A DNA stretch of 64,000 nucleotides from Enoplolaimus lenunculus. Taxonomy: Eukaryota. A model generated the notes under the pieces. That model was not told the origin of the DNA. It searched no databases and saw only the letters and a program-made list of their open reading frames with translations. The translations under genes and the position numbers were made by a program. The stretch spans positions 62,001-126,000 of the forward strand of contig JASANG010003930.1 in the NCBI GenBank assembly GCA_030248215.1. Direction: 5' to 3'. Shown piece after piece: positions 26,701 through 41,700 of the stretch (position 1 is the stretch's first letter; every line of letters starts with the position of its first letter).

Positions 26701-29700
26701 CGCTGTTGTATTGCGTATTAGTTTGCTCTAATCCTGAAAATATAGAGTAACACAGAAGGATAAGAAAGCTCGCAGGCACTAAAGAATATTTTACAATGAG
26801 CTTATATCTTACCAAAAGAAATGTTGGTTACGTATTATAACTGTATGTTAAGGGTAGCGCTATACTTTTGATGACGTCCGGTGCCGACCATCATCGTTCG
26901 TCATTCGCACGGTACCGGCCGTCACCCTCACGTGCCGTCCGTCACCCGTTACGGCGCCGTCCGTCACCCGTTACGGCGCCGTCCGTCCACCCGTCACCGT
27001 CACGTACAATACTGTACCGTGATGCACGGCGCCGTACGGGTGACGGATGGTCCGTACGACAAGTATAGCGCAACCCTTACGCATCTTAAATGTGTAAGTT
27101 CATTCAGAATTATTTATTTTCGGTTATTAAACACAAGAGTATACAGAATTGCTTTGAAAATAATAATTTAGTGTTTATATTGTTTCCATATACGAAAATA
27201 GAAAAATATTGATTCAGCCTTATTGAATATGAGATTAAGCAAGTTCACTTCGATATGTCCATCCTTACCAGATGGCGGGTCATGATAATACAGCCCAGGT
27301 TGTTGACCTTTCGCCCAAATGACGTCCATGTTCTTGTCGACAATAACGTGATCAGCCTTGGAGTCATTCGCTGAAAAAATTTAATACGGTTCTTTGTAAG
27401 CAGGTAGCAAGTTCCTGATTGGTTAGCTTACATTCGTCAAAATCTTATAGATTCAAAAAACCAGAGATTTAAAAAAATTTGCTTTAAAAATTAAATATTC
27501 CATTTGAGTTCAAACTCACTTCGAAGTGGCCTTCTGAACAATATTGTGGTAATGCCATCTTGTTCGTAGCCCAGTGCTGTTGTAATACTATCGCTTCCGC
27601 CGTAGAAACTGTCTTCACGAGGCGTTGCGCGGCTAATCTGAAATTTAAATAAAAATTAAGTATTTGCACATAAACAGCAAAAAAGTCTTATTTATTATGT
27701 TTCGTATTTTAGTCAATTTATCTTATCTGTATTTAGCAAAGATCGCGCTATGCGCAGCCATTTATAGGTTTTCAAACAAATGAACTACAATACTTGGCAA
27801 TAGAAAATTTGGCACAGTTGTAGCTTGTGTTTGTCGTAGAAAGTATATTAAATGTATTGGCTGTCAAAAGTAATCGCTAAGTTTGGATATACGCTGTGTT
27901 ATTCACAGTAGGAAATAGTTTCGCTAACTGAAGGTACTCGAATACGGAAGCTTGAAATTTTAACAGATTGAACAAAATCAATGATCGGCAAAAAGGTTTG
28001 GTTACTTTCGGAAAGTTTTAACAATAAAAACATCGTATTCATTCGTTCCAAATCATAATTTTATTTCGTCGTAATTTTGTGCTTTATATAAACACACGCG
28101 GGGTCTGTAAAGAAGAATAGCTTAAAGCGCAACTTATCACCTCTCGTTTCCTAGGCCGAATTGCAACATGCTTTATAGGTTGCTAACAGTCACATTTACG
28201 TTCTGCCCATGATTATTATAGGAGCGTTCCCACTGGGGAACAGGGCGTCGCGGAGACTTGAACATTGGAAAGCTTAATCTTAAGCTTAGGATTAGGAATA
28301 GGATTATGTTTAGGCTGTGGCTTAGGATAAGAATTAGTGTTCGATTTTGGCTTGGTTTAGGCGAAGCAGGCAGGCCTCTATAGATACGACGAGCTTTATA
28401 TTCATTCAATTTACCGTATAGTAATCTGCAACACGGCTTACGTAGCCAACTGCACTTCCGACAACAATATCCATGCAATCCATCGGGTGCAAGTCTAATA
28501 ATAACAGAACCGAATTACCCGGTGTGTCTAGTGGCGCCGTTCTGTAATCCGACGTCGAGCAGGCATACAAAAACGAATAAAATATTAGCTTTTAAAAGAT
28601 AAAATAAACGACTAAACTATTCGCTCTTAAGATTAAATTTTTAAACAGTTTGTGATGGTTCGATAGGTTAATTCCCATACCTCACCGACCCAACCGCGTG
28701 CCCCATGTTAAAAATTGTTTTGTCGCTCAGCATGCGGATTTGGCTACGCTCTGCTATTCAAAACTATCAAAACAACTTTTGGGCGAAAAAACGTTTCGAA
28801 TATTCTGAAGCAACTCTTAACAGATCAGATACAAAATAGCACCAAACGTTGTCAAAAAGTCAGACCAAGTATCCAGAAGAAAAGGGGTTTCAGCCCCCAG
28901 AATAATTTTGGCCTGCTGGAAAAGTTTAGCTTCAACAGTAAGCTTTTTTAAACCGCAAGCCACTCCTAAAATTGTTTTGTACCCCAAGCAGGTAAACTGC
29001 CTTCAAGCCTGCAGAGCAAATCTCTTACGTGGTTGTGTTCTGCGAATAGACGATGTCTTTGGCTCCGCTTCGGGTTCAGAATATTGAACTTGTTTAAAGC
29101 CTGGTTCAGGCTCGGCATATGTAGCATCTGAAATTTTAATTTTTATAACACTTTAGGAAACGGAAAAATTCGACTTAGCCAGTGTAATAAAATTACGGTC
29201 AATATGAGACCCTGTGATCGGTAGACGTCCTGTAAACATCTGTTATTTTGAAAAAGAGCAATCAAACGATAATTTGTTTAGTCTGAAATTTCGACCATCT
29301 TACTTTTAGAAGCATCCTTCATTCTCGTGGAGCTGCATAAAGCAGGCTAACGAATACAGCTATTTTTGCATAGGCTCAGGCTTAGTGTTACACATACCCG
29401 TTATGCTGATGCTTTGCTTTAGGAATCACACTGTTGTGTTCCTAAACGTGCCATTGGCCAAAAATTATATTAATGTATTTATACGAAACTCGTCTTAGCA
29501 CTTGTAAAAACAGCCTACAATAGTTTAAATCTAGAACGGATTATCGGTTCACGATAGAGGCCTCAGCGAAACGTAACTTTTTAAAAATAGCGTTTCCTGT
29601 TACCTTTAGGATAATATTCAACTTGACGTTTTGCACGCAACAGCGGCTCTCCATCGTCTAAAGTAAATTAACAACGGTTACCAACTTCAATCATGTGTTA

Positions 29701-32700
29701 ACACGAATATTCAGTTGAACACAACAACCAAAACGTTCCAAACAAATGCTACCGCAAACTGCAAGTGTCATTGTCGTTAAGCGACCCAGCGGCGTTCATT
29801 TGCTTGTTTTACAAATGGACACCAGAAACTAAACGCCAGTTACAATTCAATGAACACATTAAATGGATCAGATACGGACGCATGGAATTTATTGAAGAAC
29901 CGTCTGCTATTGCAGAATGGAGGAATTGATCCCATAACGATGGGGTTGCATGCACGAGAGAAACCTCGACAGCGAATTTTTCTGGCATCAAATGGAAGGG
30001 ACAAACCCTTTGCCTAAACCGGCTGCTGCACCACTCCGTTATGTTGTGTTCATAATTCACTTGTGCTGACTGGCTTGTAGCCAGCTAACATTTCTAGAAG
30101 AGGCTAAACAAATTTTAGGCCTAGAATACATGGGTATTCGATGAACTTACAAGCGAAAAAGTTTTTGTCGTTCGAGGTTCGAGTCAAAATTTTTATCGGG
30201 GCTGAGTCCTCCCTGTGTCACCTTTGGCTTCGGTAAAGTGTACCAAGCCGATCCGAAGCGAAATAAAAATTTACCAGTGCAAATGCAAATTTTTTCTTCA
30301 GATGCGATTGGAATATAATAGTCGTGGTATCCAATCGCCGTTCGACTATCGCGATATTCGTCCGCAGTGCGTGCAATCACTCGGCCGCCTCCAATTGGAT
30401 ACAAAAAGTAAACACACTCAATCATTGCAAGATCTTCTCGACGGTCTGGCGTTATCAGACGTCTGAAAGAAAATGCAGAGTTCAAAATTGTACGACTCAC
30501 AACCTTGTGCCCTGCGGAAATGTTCAAAGCCAATGTTCAACTACGGTTCTCGGCTTTCAAAAATTGTAGCAACCGGAAATTCGATAGACTTAAGGAAATC
30601 AATTACATATTTCAAATACCAATTAACGATTATGGATTTTAAAAACGATGGGAGTAAAATTTTAAATTCTGCACCATCCAAGAGAAATGTTAATAAAACT
30701 TCGCTTTTTCCATTTAAAATCGAACATCAGCAGCATATCTGTACTGAAAAACTGACTGATTTGTAAGCGATTCACAAGTGGCTGCAAATAATAACGTTGG
30801 AATTTGGTTGCATTTGCATAACAAAACTTTTCATACTTATACATAACGGAAACGGCAACTGATTCAAAATTTTAATAGAGATAAATATTCGGCTACACTT
30901 CGGCGAGTAGAAAGAGAAAATTTATTCACTTACCTTTTAAACGATATCGTTTGATGATTTCCCTCAACGCTTCCAGATACAACTTTGATATCTTGGGTTT
31001 TGTCTACAGCAGGTTGATGTTTTCCGTACGTGTACCTAAATGGTGAATAAAAATCTTAAGAATTTTGTAATATATTATCTATAATTATTGTTAAAAGATT
31101 TAATTTTATATTTTAAAACTAGTTGATAAATCTAATATAGCTTAGGTGTAGGCCTTGTTAGCAGCTATACAACCGGGCCCATAGCCAGCTAACCTTGCTA
31201 GGGGGGACAAAAATTTTCATGAGGGGCATAGAAGTGTTGTCGACGATGCACAAGCAAGGTTGAAAATTTTCTAGGAGGAATTCTTGTAGAAGGCGACCGA
31301 GCCCCCTTGCACCCCACTGGCTATCGGTCCACATACAACTAGTACTATATTCTTCTGCGCCCCATACTTGAAGTGCATTGAAAAAGTGATGTAGTGATAA
31401 CAACCATAAGCTCCGCCCAGCCTTTGCAATATTCATATACTGTATCGACGGCCATTAGAAATTGTTTATCTTGTAAAATAGAACATGGATATTTAATTTA
31501 CCCATGAAACTGTATCACTTACCGATCGGTAATGTAAGGTCGATCGTCGTAAACCCATCCAACAATGACGTCGCTGTTGGTCTAAAATATAAAATTAAGG
31601 TTAGAACCACAAACTAAACACAGGGACGAATTTAGGGGCTCACGCGATCGATATCCGAACATACACAGAGAAAAACTAGCAACTTTTAAGGTTATTACAA
31701 ATTTTAACGTTTCGATAAAAACCTTTTCGTTGCCATATTAAGTTTTGCTCACCAGATAGAAATAATTGCACGCCTAACGTATTTTAGAATTAACATTTAA
31801 GCACAAAATTTAACTTGTGTACTCAAAATTGATAATGCTTAACGAAACTTACACTTTGGAACTTACCATATTCTTATCTTCAGACAATGCAATTCCAGTC
31901 CAACGCCCAAGACCAGACGCGCTTATTGTGAACAGAACTTCTTCCGATTCGGGCAACAGTTGCCATGACGCGTGATAATCGCAATCGTTCGCTTCTACAG
32001 AACAGCCAGGCGGATGCTTGAATTCTGTGGTACAGCGTTCGGATTTTCGTTTTAACTCTGAAATAAAAACTCATTTATTAAACACGAATAAATAATGTGC
32101 ACTAAATTGAATTCCGGCTTGTCGGTAGCTTTAAAAATGTTACACCATTATGGAATAACGTGTAAACTTTGCAACAAATAGTTATTGTTATCCTTTATCC
32201 TCTCGCGTGTCCTTTTTCAGTTTGCAAAATGTTAGTCGCCTCCTGAAAGCTATCTGTAAGAAATTTGGTTCCCAATATATGATACTACAAAAAGGTATAC
32301 CTACAACTGGTTGATGAAAAAATTTCAATTTTGCAACGGTCTGGTTGCCAGCAGTTTATTAACGCGATATGCGACTAATGAAATGTGAATATGTGGAATC
32401 TACGACAATTCGTCGCCGAACAACTTGTGGCTCGACAGTGTCCTAAGCTTAACCTAAAGCATAACCCTAAGCCGACCCTGTGTCTAATTATGCGCGGCAA
32501 AATGTCGACTGGACGAGACTTCTGATTACAATTTGTCGGGCGATGAACTATCATAATGCCAAATTTGTAAATTTGATAGATTAAGGTAGGTTCACATAGC
32601 AGGCAACGTGATTCAAAACCATTAGTAGAAGTTATATATATAAATTTCAATAAACCAAAACCGATATTGCTAACCGAACTATAAATTATACTTCTTTAAA

Positions 32701-35700
32701 ACAAGTGAAACAGATTGGCAACTATGATTAAAATAATTTGTTTCTACATACCTAATTCCGTTGGTGTCTTTTGTCCGCAGGACCGAATGCAAACTCGTTC
32801 ACTCGATACCATCGGCGCGTCTAAATGCTTCTGAATACGACCGTTTGTAAAGCGACCGCCAGTAACAGGAAACAAGAAATGTGTGCATGCGTTGTCAAAC
32901 TGAAACCATACATCATCTTGTGTATATGTCGTAGCACAAGCCGTAATTCAGCCCAATTCCGAATTGGGTTAGACCAAGCCGTAATACCGTTTTGGACTAG
33001 ACCAATTCGGAATTGGGCTGAATTACCACTTGGGCTAAGACATATACTTGCAATACACAATGTACAGTGTTAAACAATTATTACGCGTATACGCAGAAAC
33101 AATCTGCGGGACGTGAGGGCGCGCTCTCGGTTTAATAATTAAACAAAAACTAGTATCGTGATTACACCAAGCGCATAACTTTTTGTATCAGTAAGGCAAT
33201 ATTTTCAACGCGGTTTAGAAGCGAAATTTTTAGCTTGTTTACTAAATATCGTTATGTCTCTTAATAAATCTGTTGCTATTGAATTAGCTCAAATTTTAAT
33301 GCAAAAAACACTTCACTCGTTGGTAGCCATTGGTACGCAACGTATCGCACTACAAATTTCAACTTCTGCAATCGAAAAATAAAATATCCATATCCGTCCA
33401 GTTTTTAAATTGTTTTAAGTTATACAGAACTATGTAGAACCCTTAAAGAAACTTTTGCTGCTGGTACAATGCGGTTTCCATCGCTGCTGGTACAATGCGG
33501 TTTCCATCCACGACGTATGGAACCGCTGAACTACGTACCCATGCAAGCCTTTCTCTACAACGGCTCAATATACCGTACGTTGATGGCCGCAGTCAACTTC
33601 GTCTTACTTGAGTATCACGTCTGTCACCAGTATCACGACTTCGTCGAAATCGGGCGCGTATTACCCCTTTGGTATGAGAACTGTCCAACAGTGTTACGTT
33701 TTGTCGAGGATCCTTAAATGGTTTGTAGTATCCGGTGGAGTACCTAAAAATTTACATATGTTCAGATAATTATCAAATAAACGCTTCTAAGTGGTGAACA
33801 AATATTTACCTTTTTACTAATACAGTATACTATGAGCGACTATTTACATATAATACGCGAGCAATACAGATACTGTGAGCAGTTTTTAACAATTCTAACA
33901 TATATGTGCAGCGCAAAACTTCGGTCATCGTAAACGCCTCAAACCTGTGAGACTGAGGATCGAATCACACATTGAAACTAAATCTGATATGAAATTAGAA
34001 GGGGAAAAATAATGGAAAAATTCACTCTTAGTATTTTTTAAATTCAGCCGCAGACAGAAATTTTGTAAATGATGCAACACACTTTTCGATTCAGAGATTA
34101 CTTTTCCCAGGTTCAGGTTTAAACAATTTTCTAAATAGCAAATCCTCATATCCAGGTATAGGACAGCTGGGAACAGCTGACCAGAAAAACATTTTTGATT
34201 TTATAAAAAATTTTAGAGCCATTCACGATGCATGATAAATTCAAATTCGCATAGCCCCTGGAAATTTTTGCACCCCCTTTTTATGTTATAGGCTGGCTAT
34301 GAGTTATCAACAGAGCAATTATATATCGTCGAGTTTTTTTATAGCTTTTTATTCATATCTGTATTTACCATTTAGTAACTATATTTTCGCCCATGTTCGT
34401 AAGCCAAACCTTTACCTAAGCCTTCCAAGCTATGAGTCCACCGGTTTGCATGTTTCTTATTAGACAGGCCCTTATAACTAACATCATGGACCATTATTTT
34501 TATTGCATTTGACAACGTTTAAACCTAGATTATAACCACGAAAGAGGATGTCCTATATATCATTAATTTGTATTAATTAACGAATGACAATAATTCAAAT
34601 TTTGGTAGTTTAAACCAAATGCTGCCTTTGAAACCCTAAAAAGATTTTCAACATTCAGTATATTTCAATTTACGCAGAACCATATAGGTCTCTACACGAA
34701 AATTCTGCGGCGTATGCGATAGGGTTCGAGCCCACGTCACGCAATCCATTCTTCTGTTATAACCGCTGAGATACGCAGCCATATTGTAATGGTAGTAAAA
34801 ATAACGAAACTTACATATCGTTCAATTTAAGGCCATCATCCTTATCGCTAGTAATCATTATTATATCGGCATCGTGCTAAAACAGTGCAATATACATGCT
34901 GAAAGCGAATAAGATTCTTTAGAATATGGTTCACAACTAATACCAGGGATTTTGTTATGTTTATTAAATTACAACAACAAAAGTTTTCCGTGAAAAAATA
35001 ATGCACCTGCTTGTTTCCTTCCGTAAGCTTTTGGACAGGTCTATTCGTATGCCAAAACCTAATCCAATTCCTACCAAAACATGAAATTCTCGAAAACTGG
35101 ATAACAAAACGTAACACAACAGAAAATAAAATGTTAGCTTTAAAACTGTAGATTTATTCAATATTCGTTTACATTATCGCACTTAGCCGTCGTTTGCCTA
35201 AAAAAGTTCGATTTTAAAAATTTTGCCTTTTTCAGCTTCTCATGGCCTTCCCTGATCATTTCACTCTAAATATTAATAAATATTAATTTTTAAAATATTT
35301 CATTTTTTAAGATCGCAAGGTTTCCCCTTAGCAGTTGGAATAAAAAAATTGTCAAAGGGTTAATAAACCATTTGGTGCAGCTTGCTGAGCTGATGCGCAG
35401 ATAATCAGTTGATTAACGAGTTATTGTCATATAACTGACTTGGTGCGGTGCCAACGTTTTGGGATGGCGCGAAATAGTTATTTCACCACGGCTTATTATT
35501 CGATCGTATGATTGCGTAAAATTTAACACCATTCAACTGAGGTCCGCAAGCTGCATCAAGTGATACATACGTCGTGTAGTTTTTGACAGAAAGTTTTGGC
35601 CTGAAGGTAGGGAGAGACCTTCAGGATCTTTAACAAATTGTCCAAGTTAAAAATTTGGGCGTGTAATGATCAGGGGAGGTCATCAGAATCTCAAATGCAA

Positions 35701-38700
35701 ATATGAAAAAAATTTCTAACCCAACCATTATGGGCAAACGCCTACAAAACGGGATAAGGGAAAAGAGCCGTTCAAACTAAATTTCAACAAATTTTCTTTC
35801 TTTCTGTCCAATGAAATACACTAAATGACGTCGTCCAACAAACATACCATTGTACCACTGTCCGAAAACCCAACTCCAGTCCACCATCCACTAGGACTGC
35901 GCGCTTCGAGTGTGAATTCAATTTCGTCCGATGGTTGTTCGCTTTCGCTCGCTTCTCGATCGCCCAAATACGACCAGCTTAATCGATACTCGCACGGCTT
36001 TTCAAGATGTGCAGCGTCAACACAATCAGGCGGATATCGCCATTCACCAAAACAGTTTCCGGTTCCTGTTATTTCCGGACGTAACGCAGCGGTTGTTGTT
36101 TCGATTGTCACTTTTGTTACTGGGGTCACCTTTGTGTCGGTTTGATGTTCTGTGTTTTTCGGCGAATTAGCTGTGTTGGTAGAGCTTTCAACTGGTGTAG
36201 ATAGTTTTGTGGTAGTGCTGGATGAGTGAACTGTAGATGCTACTGATATGTTGGAACTTGAACTATTTTTCGAACTTGCTTTGTTCATTGATTCTGTGCC
36301 GGGAACTGAAGTTTCGGCGTTAAATCGTGTTGTACCTTGCGATTGATGGTGACCTTTACCAAGTTTTGTTGTAGGCCTGTTAGTATTAGCCAAAGACGTT
36401 AACACTGATTGAGATTCGAGCGGAATTGCCTGAAATTAACAAGATAAGTATTATTATTAATAATAACGTTGTTATTCAATTTGAGAACAATATATTGCTA
36501 AAAGTTTTGTGTAATAACAAATTAAATTGGTAATTCTAAACCGCATATAGTATTCATCAATTAATAATTTATCAATTAAAAAGCAAACGCTATCAAGCAA
36601 CTAAGTTTTTATTATTGAACATTGGAGCCTTTCTTTCGAAGAATTATTCTCTTAAAACCAACGAATACCACCTCAAACCGTTTTTTAATCAATTTACTAT
36701 CGATTGTGAGAAATAAATGTAAGCATGAACAAATTTAAATTTCGCCGTTAAAAACTTACCGAATTATAGATTTTGGCTGTTTCAAACTTTGATAAAACGG
36801 CAGCTTCTTGCGCATCAATCTCATGGGTTGTAGTAGCGACTTGGACGTTCGTAGGCGTAAACTGTTCACTGATTTCACCACTGATCAAATCAACTGTCGT
36901 TGATAACTAAAATGTAAAGTAACCGAATTTCATTCCGTTCAAAACCAATGAACGACTGATTTAGTATAAAAAATAACACAATCGCCGTGAGTTAAAAAAG
37001 CTGGGCTGACATAAAAAAATGAACTTTGGCATTTTGATATAAGGCGACCCACCTCTGCACAGTAATAAAACTATAAAACACAAACTCGACTTATTGTCAA
37101 AACCCTGGCTGCGAAAGCTAAGTAGTCAAGTTTTGTATCACCAGGGTGTATGCAAGAAACAATAAGGGTGAAATATTAATACCGTCCCCCGAAATTTTAA
37201 AGATGCGAAAGGAATAGACACCTTTACTGGTTTTAAAGTAACTTGCTAGATTCTAAAATAAAAAAGTTTTCTCGTGATAAAAACTTAAATAGACCTATTA
37301 TATTCCTCTTTGAAATGAAGTTCTGACTGCGCCCCTGGCATCATGTAAGATTTCTCACTTACACCTTCCTGTTGTAGCTCATTAACCGGAGCAAGATCCG
37401 GAGGTGAATACGTTTCTGGCCCTGCAACTTGTAAGTTTTGTTGATCCTGGTCATAAGACAGCACCGACGATTGATCTTTTCCTTGAACGCCGTCAAACTG
37501 TGAAATGTAGTAGTCAGGTTGCTGGGCTGGCTCACCAACAAGTAGTATTGGCGATTTTGCAGTGTCAATGGTTGCAGTATTTGGCGTACCAGGCTCATTG
37601 GATATGGGTTCTGGCAGTGCGAGGTCACCTGAACAATGTTTAGTAGAAAAAGTAAAAGTTAATTAAAAAATCAAAAATTCTGAAGTGTCTCGCTTTAATA
37701 ATGGAGTAGAATTTATAAGATGATAATATTTAGTAACATCGCTTTAATTGTAATGAAAAAAATATTTATAGATAATATGTGAAGTTCACTGTTTCCTGTG
37801 TCTTGTAACTGGTTTACCTAATATGCTCAGGTTTGTAGCCTGCTAAACATGCTGTGGGGGTGAAAACTCCGGGAGATCTATGCAATTGAACTTGAAATGG
37901 TCAAAACGTTTTAGCAGGACTGGGGGGAACACGCGCTGCTCTTTTTGGCTACAACCCCGTAATGCCTGTGGCAATTATTCAGATGGCTTGAAATAAATCA
38001 TAAAGTTGACAATTGCCCTCAATCACACACAAAATATATTTTTAAGTTTAGAAGAGTCTGCAAAGAAACATCTAGTGAAGCTATTTTTCGCTAAAATTAT
38101 ATTTATTAATGACTGTTGTCAATCAGTTCAACCAAGAGTGCATGATACAAGAGTATGCAACTCTTTGGATTCCGCATGATACAAAATATACCACCGGGCA
38201 TTGCGTTTTTGGTGGACCCCCCTTGTTTAGAGGGGGGTTGCTGTCACATGCAATATACCCTAAATTAAATTATAAGCGGAGCAATTTGTTACCTAATACA
38301 TAATGTGTCATGGTTCGCATAGATTGTACCCCCTCTAAATAAAGAAGGGTAAAGCAAAAATGCAACGCGTGCCGGATACATTCTTTCTACACAGAATGCA
38401 TCCAGTTGCATACTGTTGTTGGGTATGCATCATCCACTATTGGTTCAACACACTGCTAGATGGTGCCTGTTATGAATGACAACAAAAAAGGTGCAAATCT
38501 TTGCTTTTGCTGTTGTCACCAAAGAATTGTGATATTAAACTAAATGCAGCGTTCATGTTTTTAGTACTGAAGTTTAACACTTTCTCGCACAGAGTATACT
38601 ATGAACAACTAATTGCAAACTGTATACGATTAAATTCGTTATAATACCTTCCAACTCTGTTCTTTTTGTGACAATTGTTTTCGGTTGGCTGTCAATACGA

Positions 38701-41700
38701 AGCGAAATTTGCGGACCTCGTACATCATGACTTTGAAGCAGGGCAGAATACTGATCTGCTCCAAGCTGATCTAGCCAGATTTCCGGTTCAGACCGGCGTT
38801 CCGGTTCAGGTTTAGGCTCTCCTTCAGCGATTGGATAACTTGGAGAACTCAAGCGAGGTAGTGCTGCACAAGTAGTTGAAACGTCTTAAAACAGTTTATG
38901 AATAACTTGAATTTTGATGGCTTTTGTCAATATATTAAGCACAACTCTGTATATTTGCAGCAAATTAAAGTTTGTCATTTTTCGCAAGAAATTTTATTCA
39001 ATATAAACCAAGTGAGAGGTTAGGGTATATATGTAGAGCCTGTTGTATTACTCCAGTCGTTATGTTTTGGGGATCTTTTTTGTGAACTGTAAGTTCCAAT
39101 GAGTGTACTAATTAACGTATAGAGAACTAGTTATTTCTGTTTATTTCTGAGTTATTTATAACAGTAAATAATAACTCACTCTGAGCTGATCTACTTCCGA
39201 GAGATTTGATCAATTAACTTAGAATGATTTCAATAAATTTACAATTCTGAGTTCTGAGAGACCTAATTCAGCGCTCAAACTTTTGAGTGGATTCAACTCT
39301 TTCTGAGTTGAAATCAACGTATTTCTCATTTACAGTGCGGGAGGGAAGTATAAACAAGTAAACATAACTCACCTGAAGGTCTCCATCCGACGGCAATCCA
39401 AGATGTGCTCGGAAATTGAAGGACAAATTCGATTTCGTTTTCTTGCTGAAATATTGTGTTAACTAATTGAAGAGTTACCTCAGATATTACACAAAGCAAG
39501 TCAGTCTATAATACATATTTAGAATTAATCACATTTTTCACGGTTCAAAGTTAAAATCTTTTTCAAACTTTTAGCTGAGAAGGCAGTAAGCCTTTAGCAA
39601 ACTCAGCATGCTAGGCAGACGCAGACAAAACTATTTTATGTTTCTTAAAACGCTATAATGCGAGCACTCTGCACATTCAACGCGACAGCATAATTTTCTA
39701 CTAAAATTGTAAAATGTTTACCGTAGACGGATGTACGGACTGTGGGATGTACGATACATAGATAGTTTGCTTAAAAATTATTAAACTCGTAAAATTATAT
39801 TTCTCAAAATTAAAGTTTCATTCAATTTGTCAATTTTACTTTCAAAAACATAATAGTATTTGCCGTAAAAAATTCAATTTCTCCCAAATTTTTCGTATCG
39901 GCGCAAAAAATCAGAAGCAAACAAGGCTTTTGTTTTCAAATAAAAACACAGATGCATAGAGTAAAGAATGCTTGTCTGCAATTTACCGGCAAGATACGCC
40001 ACATTATTTTGTTTTGTTCCGGTCCAACAATTCGCTTCGTATATAAACTTTCGTCAATATCATCTTTATGGGATACCTTTGAGCCTAAAAACGAAAACAC
40101 ACCTGTTAGAAATAGATATTGCCTAAGTGTAAAAGTACATGGTTTTTCGGTTATCCGCAGAGCCATCGTTTACCGAACAATGGTAATATTTTGAAAATTT
40201 TTGCAGATTGTATCTTCTTGACGACTGCCTCCGATCATTTCCTGAGCCCGTAGCCAGAGGAGTTCAACACTTGCAGAAAAATTTCGGCCAAACTACAAAA
40301 GTTGTATAGTCCTGCTTGTGAGTCTTGCAAAATCAACGAAGTTTTGGCCCCACTGACATGTTATGCTGGCTACGGCCCTGTCGCTTACACAACTAAGTTT
40401 TAGTTCTTGCAATTTTAATATTTCGAGGTCACAAATTATTTGTACCATCCCAGATCGTTGGCAGTGCACCAAATCAGTTATTTAAACGTTACCTTGCAAA
40501 CATTTGGCCACATTGCAAAAGCAATCATTCAAGCGGTTTTAATTTCTAGTAGTTTTAGTGGATTTAGCTCTTTCTAACAGTAGTTATTAGTCAAACTAGC
40601 TCGTGTTTGCCGATAGGTGGTCTGGGCTCTTGTATACAATTCCAGCACATTATAAGATTAAGGCTTATGATACAAGTTTAACTTACGTTTATCGCACAGT
40701 TTTCCAAAATACCCCATTTTGCAGTAACATACTCGTCGAGGATATACTTCACTGTATCGAATTTGGCATAATCCATATTGACCACAGTCCGAGTCTTGCC
40801 AACATTCATCTGAAATTTTGTAAACAAGTTAAGCCTAATTTAGCTTTTGATTGATCATAACTTATATTTCTACGACTCGCAGGGTGTATTTATTTCAGGC
40901 CGACACGAGAAGTGAAACAAGACTGAATGCTTGGACCGAATGATTACATACTAAAATTGCGAATGAAAGATGACGCTTATAACAAAGGTAAGTCAAAAAT
41001 ACAATTCTTAATTACGGGGGATCATTGCGCTAAAAGCAGGGGATACCCTGAGAACTAAAAATGTGCGTTGTAATTTTTTAGCACAAGTTTAACAAACATA
41101 CTTCTATTCTAAATAGTTAAATTAGAGCACCAAACAAAGGCAATTAGGCTGGATATTAATAGAAACAAAATTCTGAAGTACTTATCTTGGGAGCAAAATA
41201 CTTTAAAAAGACTTTCAGGCCGTCTCAAAAATCCAGACCGTCTCAAAAATCCAGACCGTCTCAAAAATCCAGACCGTCTCAAAAATCCAGGCCGTCTCAA
41301 AAATCCAGACCGTCTCAAAAATCCAAGCCGTCTCAAAAATCCAGATCGTCTCAAAAATCCAGACCGTCTCAAAAATCCAGACCGTCTCAAAAATCCAGAC
41401 CGTCTCAAAAATTCTGACCGTCTCAAAAATCCAGACCGTCTCAAAAATCCAGACCGTCTCAAAAATCCAGACCGTCTCAAAAATCCAGACCGTCTCAAAA
41501 ATCCAGACCGTCTCAAAAATCCAGACCGTCTCAAAAATCCAAGCCGTCTCAAAAATCCAGACCGTCTCAAAAATCCAAGCCGTCTCAAAAATCCAGACCG
41601 TCTCAAAAATCCAAGCCCTCTCAAAAATCCAGACCGTCTCAAAAATCCAAGCCGTCTCAAAAATGCAGACTGTCTCAAAAATCCAGACCGTCTCAAAAAT

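Noticed and set aside
26868..27171. Arg/Pro-rich plus-strand ORFs
   Set aside because: They derive from the GC-rich internal repeats of a MITE.
29760..30060. Coding-looking GC-richer patch in intron 19
   Set aside because: No recognisable protein motif or compatible splice pair in any frame; possibly a decayed transposon fragment.
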